Below the pieces are notes generated by a model. The model searched no databases. It was given only the letters and a program-made list of their open reading frames with translations, and was not told the origin of the DNA. Shown one piece after another: positions 58,087 to 64,000 of a stretch of DNA of 64,000 nt. Numbering within the stretch: the stretch's first letter is position 1; each line of letters starts with the position of its first letter. The position numbers and the translations under genes were made by a program. The stretch is from a virus: the IMG/VR virus record IMGVR_UViG_3300025122_000006. The stretch is one strand, 5' to 3'.

Positions 58087-59657
58087 ATACCATACTCGAT
58101 GGTAATGGTTTGGTTGGGTTCTGGAATTGAATCATCGGCAAAAATAACCGCATTGGTTATGGGATCATATTCCCACCCCGTCGCTGCTTGGCCATTTACA
58201 GAAACAGTGATAGATTCCTCAATAGGATCTGGTTCATCTAAAGTAAAAGTGCGCCGTGTGCTTACCGTGTCGGCCAAATCTTGCATTTGACTGCCCCAAT
58301 CGGTTGCACAGATAGAATACCATTCACCATTGTAGCGCTGGGTCATATCATAATAGCCAGACCCAAAACCCACGCTTCTTTGATAAAAACCATTATTATA
58401 TATACATCCACTAGGGTGATCACCAATAACACCAAAATGTCTCATCCTATCAATATCAGGCTTTAAAGTATCAAAGAAGCTAGTATATGATGTCCAAGTC
58501 CCAAGACTAAAATCGGGCTCATCAGAAACATAAATAACAACTAATGTTGCATCGTTTCTCCAGAAGGAAGTCCCGGGAGCAGCACCTGTGTCGTAGTCGG
58601 TATTCATTAAGGCTCTATGCGCCATTTCAATACCTTTTTCATAAGCAGAACCTCCAACACTAATCTGAGAAATGATTCCCTGAGCCCAGTCAACCGGGGA
58701 ACCAAAATTGCCATCAATCCAACAAACCGCACCAGAGCATTGAAGGTACCCTCTGTCAGTTGTAATAAATCCCAAATGAAAATCCGCTCCGGTTCCAAGA
58801 AACACATTCATAAAACTAATCATTTGAGAAGCCAGTTCTTGCTGGAAGATAGACATAGACCCAGAATTGTCTATCACAAAAATTATATCTAAGATGGGAA
58901 TTTCTTCCTGCACATGGGTTTGAATAACCCACTGTTCGAAGACTCCTTCTCCAAATTGAATAACTTCAACCTCGGGGGTTTTTGGATCATTTCCTGTTAC
59001 CGTAATCGCACTGTCATCAAGTCCGATGTCACCAGGGATGTAGGAGACAAGAAAATCAACCTCTTGATTTGGCTCTAACGCCCAGGGAGGTGCCGGCATA
59101 CTTCCAAATTCCATAAGAATGTCCACAGGTTGAGTTACCATTTGAATTACGTTATCAACAGTCAGAGGCAAATTGCCATCATTTCTAATTGTGATTCGCT
59201 CTTCATTGTCACATCCCATTGAAATCGTCCCATAATCGAATTCTGAGGGACTTACAGTCATCACGGGGGCATCACCCCTGCCGAGGATTAAGACTTCAAT
59301 CACAGGGGTCTCATCGTCGTTAGAAACGACATTTATTAGACCACCATTACCCTCGTATGTTTCAGGCTCATAATAGACATCAATCTGAATTCCTTCTCCA
59401 GATTGAAGTTCCCAATCTTCAGTAGCATCATGATCAATGGAAAATCTATCGGTACCCGCAATAAGTAAAAGGGGATCAAGCAATAAAACTTCATCCCCCG
59501 CATTTACAATCGTAAGTTGTTCAACTCCCGTCTCATATCCCGAGGTTATGTGACCAAAATCAATTATTTCTGGCAAAACAACGATTTCGGGCTGTGTATT
59601 AACGACTTTGGTTAAGGTTATGTCGCTGCAACCTAATAATACTCCTAATAAAAACAT
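58074..59657 (-). CDS. Lipoprotein with two Ig-like (choice-of-anchor D/ASH) domains and a vWA domain
   Basis: Lipobox VLLGC; two DFG/DYG...I.N.G...L repeats; DIIFVIDNSGSM (MIDAS); YVSDEPD. Confidence 0.8.
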   Translation of the reverse strand: MFLLGVLLGCSDITLTKVVNTQPEIVVLPEIIDFGHITSGYETGVEQLTIVNAGDEVLLLDPLLLIAGTDRFSIDHDATEDWELQSGEGIQIDVYYEPETYEGNGGLINVVSNDDETPVIEVLILGRGDAPVMTVSPSEFDYGTISMGCDNEERITIRNDGNLPLTVDNVIQMVTQPVDILMEFGSMPAPPWALEPNQEVDFLVSYIPGDIGLDDSAITVTGNDPKTPEVEVIQFGEGVFEQWVIQTHVQEEIPILDIIFVIDNSGSMSIFQQELASQMISFMNVFLGTGADFHLGFITTDRGYLQCSGAVCWIDGNFGSPVDWAQGIISQISVGGSAYEKGIEMAHRALMNTDYDTGAAPGTSFWRNDATLVVIYVSDEPDFSLGTWTSYTSFFDTLKPDIDRMRHFGVIGDHPSGCIYNNGFYQRSVGFGSGYYDMTQRYNGEWYSICATDWGSQMQDLADTVSTRRTFTLDEPDPIEESITVSVNGQAATGWEYDPITNAVIFADDSIPEPNQTITIEYGIWGC

Positions 59658-59708
59658 TCATAATCCCCCCACATAAGTAACTAGGGGGTTATCGACGGAT
59701 TTGGAATT

Positions 59709-60806
59709 TTAGGAGAAGGAATTTTTTAATAAATTGATGACAACTTGCTCAACAGCATCTCCTTTATATTCTCCTTTTCCTCGCTTTCCTCCATGGAAAA
59801 GATCGATTTGGTCAGGGAATACTCCCTTCGACCAATCAACAAACCCGAATACCATCTGCGGCCAAACATCGAGCTTCCGTTCTCCTTTGATTGACTGTAC
59901 CTGCCCGAAGTACCAGGCTGGTAAGAGGGTTCTTTTGTCACTCCATTCTAAATACATTTGATGTTGTGTGTCGATGATGTTATCAAAAGCTTCCTGAGAT
60001 CCATCAAAGTTCTCAATTAGATCATAAATTGGCTTCAATTTCTTTTGCCAATTCGTGTAGGTTTCTTTGTAAACTGATTCTCGATCCGCCTTCTCGTACT
60101 GCTGAGAGGTCACCTGCTCTGCCACCAGCTCATTATCGATTTCCACAGTCCGATTGAGGGACCACTTCATGATGCGTTTGGCCATCACTTTGGCTTTTTC
60201 CACTTCTTCCGGAAACAGCATCTCGGCAAAATCAAGCCCTTGAAGAGCACGATCTTCGTCTTCATGGTTTAGAAGATCTCCCACCTTTCTTCTCTGGGCA
60301 TCATCCGACTCCTCGGAATCCCCCGTATCTTCGAGGGTTTCGCGAAACAGATTTTTTAATATTTCTTTAAGATCTTTTCTTTTCGGGGGTGGTGTAAAAA
60401 GAACAAAACCCGTGGTGGCAATCTGAGTAAAGCCCTTGCCGCCTCCGATGTCCCGTTTGGTCCATGATGACTCAATCCATCCTGGCATTGACTGAAGAAA
60501 AGCATGAAATTTCCTGCCCTCCTCGACCGAAGGCATCCTAACAAGAACCTGTGTTCCACCTGCTCGAACCGAGGTTACTTTGTACACCTCGTCGGCATCG
60601 GCAAAGAGTTCCAAAGACGCCCCCAAATCCATCGCCAGTCGAATTAAATCCACAGCCTGCTCGCGTTCCAGTTTCATCGCTTGATTAAAGAGATCAACGA
60701 TGTTTTCGTATCCTTCGGCTTCGGTATTATAAATAGAATCTACACTCTCAGCCTCATCTATTTCTTCGAGGATAAGTTTATTTAAGATTTGTTTAGTTAG
60801 TTTCAT
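59709..60806 (-). CDS. Acidic modular hypothetical protein (tandem array member)
   Basis: Leader MKLTKQILNKLILEEIDE; internal LKEILKNLFRETLE; DLLNHEDEDRALQGLDF module. Confidence 0.65.
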   Translation of the reverse strand: MKLTKQILNKLILEEIDEAESVDSIYNTEAEGYENIVDLFNQAMKLEREQAVDLIRLAMDLGASLELFADADEVYKVTSVRAGGTQVLVRMPSVEEGRKFHAFLQSMPGWIESSWTKRDIGGGKGFTQIATTGFVLFTPPPKRKDLKEILKNLFRETLEDTGDSEESDDAQRRKVGDLLNHEDEDRALQGLDFAEMLFPEEVEKAKVMAKRIMKWSLNRTVEIDNELVAEQVTSQQYEKADRESVYKETYTNWQKKLKPIYDLIENFDGSQEAFDNIIDTQHQMYLEWSDKRTLLPAWYFGQVQSIKGERKLDVWPQMVFGFVDWSKGVFPDQIDLFHGGKRGKGEYKGDAVEQVVINLLKNSFS

Positions 60807-61710
60807 TTAACACCACCTCAATTCCGGGTAAATATTTCTTGGCTTCTTCAATTGCTTCTGCCACGGTGGAGAATTGTTTCTTTTCTTTTGATTCATTAGA
60901 AACTTGACTTCTTGTCTTATTGTAAAAAGTGTATGCCCACTCAATTGGATCACCCTCGGCATATATGTCTATCGTCACACCTTTCATTTCATTGGGCGGC
61001 TTACCCGGGGTGTATCCCCTGTGAATCACCTGATCAGTTAATCGAAAACTAACATCATCCCACCCCTGTTCTAAGGAGAATTCATCATGCCAAATGACAT
61101 AGTGAGCCCCCAAAGTGCGGGTTGATAATTTCTGTCTAGCGAGCCCCGGCTGCCGGCGATTTTGCAGCCAATTTGGATGCGGTACTTCTTTTTCCCACTC
61201 AACCGTAAATCTATACTTCGTCTGGTGTATCTCAGCACCCGAAGGGATTTTTACCCCAATCGCATTGACCATTAAGTCCATTGTTTTAAGAATTTTTATG
61301 GCTTTCTCATTTCCAATAATTATGGACTTGTCTTTTGTTTGATAGGCTAATCCAACTTTTTGAAGTCTTTCTTTAATTTCCATTTCTGGCAGTCGTGGGC
61401 CGTTGGGAATAAGAATAGCCATCTCCCCAATCTCTCCAATCTCTTCGGAAAGTTTAAAATCGCCAAAATCATAGTCTTCAATTTCAAATGTGTCATCTAC
61501 GTGAAAAGCAGCAGGATCCTCTATGAACCCGTGTTCATCGGGCTCTCCGGGAGGTGGTAATTCTTCGGGATACATTAAATCCCCAAAGAGACCTTCGAGA
61601 GCATACAAAAGCATACCTTCATGACTAAGAAGTTCCTTTGCGGTATCAAATTCATCTTGCGAGAGAACTTCGAGGATAAGATTGTTAAGAATTTTTAAGG
61701 TTAAATTCAT
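60793..61710 (-). CDS. Acidic modular hypothetical protein (tandem array member)
   Basis: Leader MNLTLKILNNLILEVLSQDE. Confidence 0.65.
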   Translation of the reverse strand: MNLTLKILNNLILEVLSQDEFDTAKELLSHEGMLLYALEGLFGDLMYPEELPPPGEPDEHGFIEDPAAFHVDDTFEIEDYDFGDFKLSEEIGEIGEMAILIPNGPRLPEMEIKERLQKVGLAYQTKDKSIIIGNEKAIKILKTMDLMVNAIGVKIPSGAEIHQTKYRFTVEWEKEVPHPNWLQNRRQPGLARQKLSTRTLGAHYVIWHDEFSLEQGWDDVSFRLTDQVIHRGYTPGKPPNEMKGVTIDIYAEGDPIEWAYTFYNKTRSQVSNESKEKKQFSTVAEAIEEAKKYLPGIEVVLNETN

Positions 61711-62536
61711 TTAGATCCACTCCTGTAAGCTCTAAAATCTTGGCTTTCATTTCATCAATGGTAAATAGAAATTCATATTCCCCGCTATCATTTGTCACTG
61801 TTTGATCAGTCATAAGGCCTTCTCCCTCGATTTCAGTTTGTTTGACAATCTTGCACATTCTCCAGCCCACCGAGGTGATAAGATAGCCGGTGACATCAGC
61901 ATCTCCCAGCAGAATTTCTTGGCGAACCGAATGCCCACTGAAGACCTGTTCCCATGTTATTTTCTTCCCCGGGTGGCTTAGGGGAATTCCCACACTGATG
62001 TGTCCTGTGCTCCCGACTAGTAATGGGGTCTCTATAGGTGGAGTATTTCCTAGTTTGGTTTGGCATGAGTAACGAAAATCCCCTAATTCCTGTCCCATGA
62101 ATCCAGCATAAATAGCATCGGCCAGCTTATCCCAACCCAGATCATCTCTAGTAAACAGTTGATCAAGAGTTGAATAAATTTTCTTTAAATCACCGCCCTT
62201 CACCATGACAGTCTCCACGTAGCGACCTTGAGGATCCGCACCCAGACCCTCAAATGAAACAACTTCAGCGTCCATACCATCAAGAATCAATTCCACTGCA
62301 GCGTCCATGCGGTCGAGATTAAATAGCTCGTTTGCCACCAGTTCTTTTAATGTTTCGAATTGTTTCGGTTCTAGGTCATCTTCTGACATTAGCAAGATCT
62401 CTCCAGCTTGGATTACAAAAGAGGCATCGTCATTGAAAGCTAGTTGAACCCAAGTTTCCCCCATTTTTTGAAGCATTTCGTCCCGGGTCATTTCGGCAAG
62501 AATAAGTTCTTTAAGCATTTCCTCAGTTAATCGCAT
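61685..62536 (-). CDS. Acidic modular hypothetical protein (tandem array member)
   Basis: Leader MRLTEEMLKELILAEM; C-terminal TIDEMKAKILELTGVDLN. Confidence 0.65.
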   Translation of the reverse strand: MRLTEEMLKELILAEMTRDEMLQKMGETWVQLAFNDDASFVIQAGEILLMSEDDLEPKQFETLKELVANELFNLDRMDAAVELILDGMDAEVVSFEGLGADPQGRYVETVMVKGGDLKKIYSTLDQLFTRDDLGWDKLADAIYAGFMGQELGDFRYSCQTKLGNTPPIETPLLVGSTGHISVGIPLSHPGKKITWEQVFSGHSVRQEILLGDADVTGYLITSVGWRMCKIVKQTEIEGEGLMTDQTVTNDSGEYEFLFTIDEMKAKILELTGVDLNEFNLKNS

Positions 62537-64000
62537 TTAAGTCAATCCCCGTAAGTTCTTTTATTTTCTCTTTCATTTCATCGATGCTATAATTAACATC
62601 TTCGCCGTCACCAAACGTATGGGAAATAACTCCACTGGTCGCCCGATCCCGTATTTGCAACTTGCCGGTGTATAGACTTTGAATGTTGTAAGCCCACCAT
62701 GCTGCTTCCGGGTTTCGCCCGGACATAGCGTCGGGGTTCACTATTTCGATGCGAGGTCGATAATTTCCCCCCGCAATAAATCTTACCACATTGTTGTTGG
62801 TTGAGTCATTTTGCACGGGAACCTCGAGGTTATCGCCCCATGTGACCCTTGGTAACTGCCCCGCCGGCGGCGTGGCGCCAAAATTTTTCTCCATTAAATG
62901 ATTAAAAGAGCGATAAGTTGTTGCTAATTCGCCCACAATCAGTCTTTTGTTCTCTTTATCATCGATCGCATTATCCCATTGCCAGAACACATCCATGTCA
63001 TTTCGCAGAGCTTTCAGGTTCTCGGGATTCTCGGGGGTAACAGCAAACAACTCTTCTTTATAGTCGGGTCCGGAAATGTCTTCAATGGATACATTATAAT
63101 TACGACTTAACCACTCTATGGCTTTCAGGTTCTTATTACCGTATACATAATGATCAGCAATAGCGGAGACATACTTTTCAAACTTTTCATCAGGAATTAT
63201 CCCCTCAAGAGTGTCCACCAAATCAGCAGCTTGGTCAATGAATTCTTCATCATCCGATTTCAGGAGGTCATCGATCATGCTTGTATCAAATTCTTCTTCC
63301 TCGTCATCTTCTTTTATAGATCCCCAAAACTTCTTTCTCGCCGGTGGTTCATTGCACGGAGGCATATCCAACAATATCTCCACAACATAATTGCCTTCTT
63401 CGAGATTCATTTCCAGTCCCATAGCCTCGGCCTGTCGAAGGGTATAAACATAGATTTTTGCACCACGCTTATCTTGAGCGGGTCTTGTGCAAGATTCGGT
63501 TCGCATGCGATGCAAAAAATCCTTGAGACTCCATGCCTCTTCTTCATTTTCTACGCCCATATAAATATAATCGTAGTGACCGCCTTCTCGAACATAACTA
63601 TCAACGACATAAGGGACAGAAAGATGGCCTAAATTTCCCATAGAATGAAGTTCTAACCCTTGAAGAAAGACCGTGGGTTCATTAGAGCGAATCATTTCCT
63701 CCACTCGTTTCGCTTCTTCGGCCGAAAAGCTTTCATCTTCCTCTTCTTGAAGGACTTCGTTGATCACCTCGAATAGATAGTTTTTGTTTAACTTCCTCTT
63801 TCCTTCATAGGGCGGATCGACGGGTGGTTCAATGTCACTTCCTTCAGCCGGCGGCTGGCCCTTCGGTAATTCGGGCCATCCAGAGATGTCGGCATCCCAA
63901 GGCAATCCCATGGCACTCCGAACCGCACTCGGGAGTTGTTCTTTGGATATTTCCTCAGAATATTCTTCATCTTCATCGATGCGGATTACTCCCTTTTCGA
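62523..64000 (-). CDS. Acidic modular hypothetical protein, 5' end beyond the window
   Basis: Frame of 62523..63911 stays open to base 64000 (EKGVIRIDEDEEYSEE...SAM); internal KLNKNYLFEVINEVLQE; C-terminal SIDEMKEKIKELTGIDLN. Confidence 0.65.
   Translation of the reverse strand, partial: EKGVIRIDEDEEYSEEISKEQLPSAVRSAMGLPWDADISGWPELPKGQPPAEGSDIEPPVDPPYEGKRKLNKNYLFEVINEVLQEEEDESFSAEEAKRVEEMIRSNEPTVFLQGLELHSMGNLGHLSVPYVVDSYVREGGHYDYIYMGVENEEEAWSLKDFLHRMRTESCTRPAQDKRGAKIYVYTLRQAEAMGLEMNLEEGNYVVEILLDMPPCNEPPARKKFWGSIKEDDEEEEFDTSMIDDLLKSDDEEFIDQAADLVDTLEGIIPDEKFEKYVSAIADHYVYGNKNLKAIEWLSRNYNVSIEDISGPDYKEELFAVTPENPENLKALRNDMDVFWQWDNAIDDKENKRLIVGELATTYRSFNHLMEKNFGATPPAGQLPRVTWGDNLEVPVQNDSTNNNVVRFIAGGNYRPRIEIVNPDAMSGRNPEAAWWAYNIQSLYTGKLQIRDRATSGVISHTFGDGEDVNYSIDEMKEKIKELTGIDLNAIN

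Noticed and set aside
59662-59690. C-run/G-run hairpin as a rho-independent terminator
   Set aside because: Long loop, no U-tract, and the G-run on the minus strand is better explained as the RBS of the vWA gene.
1668-63632. Numerous short plus-strand ORFs and nested minus-strand ORFs
   Set aside because: All are shadows of longer minus-strand genes, with no motifs or RBS support.
1-64000. Stop-codon reassignment (seen in some jumbo phages)
   Set aside because: Genes are full-length and tightly packed under the standard code; TAA, TAG and TGA all terminate genes followed by new starts.
1-64000. tRNA/rRNA genes, introns, inteins, IS elements
   Set aside because: Intergenic gaps are short and AT-rich, and no such signatures were recognised by eye (tRNAscan/Infernal not run).

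Overview
64 kb segment of a large, AT-rich, T4-like myovirus (jumbo-phage type) genome. Essentially all genes lie on the minus strand, densely packed, in the standard genetic code. By plus-strand coordinate: (1) 1-20.9 kb baseplate/tail module (LamG + gp7-like wedge protein, DNRLRE-type protein, gp6, gp25, a 2404-aa protein, spike-like protein, M15 peptidoglycan peptidase); (2) 20.9-22.7 kb gp55-like sigma factor and an FmdB zinc-ribbon gene; (3) 22.6-43.9 kb an uninterrupted ~21-kb nucleotide-sugar/glycosyltransferase locus (GMD, ColD-type 3-dehydratase, Fcl/ColC-type reductase, split HldE, split minimal ThDP enzyme, B12 radical SAM, methyltransferase, about nine GT-like genes in paralog families); (4) 44-57 kb auxiliary genes under consensus sigma70 promoters (PiT-like transporter, PIN-PhoH, Cas4-like nuclease, eukaryote-type phosphomannomutase, HAD-NUDIX fusion, zincins, Fis-like HTH); (5) 57.5-64 kb a myxobacterial-style vWA lipoprotein, a matrixin, and a tandem array of acidic modular proteins with conserved overlapping junctions. 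Lead hypothesis (inference): a phage-encoded virion glycosylation system in which an unusual GDP-3,6-dideoxy/branched sugar pathway decorates a strongly over-represented [S/T]-G-S motif found only in some of the structural proteins. All annotations come from motif recognition by eye; no searches were run.
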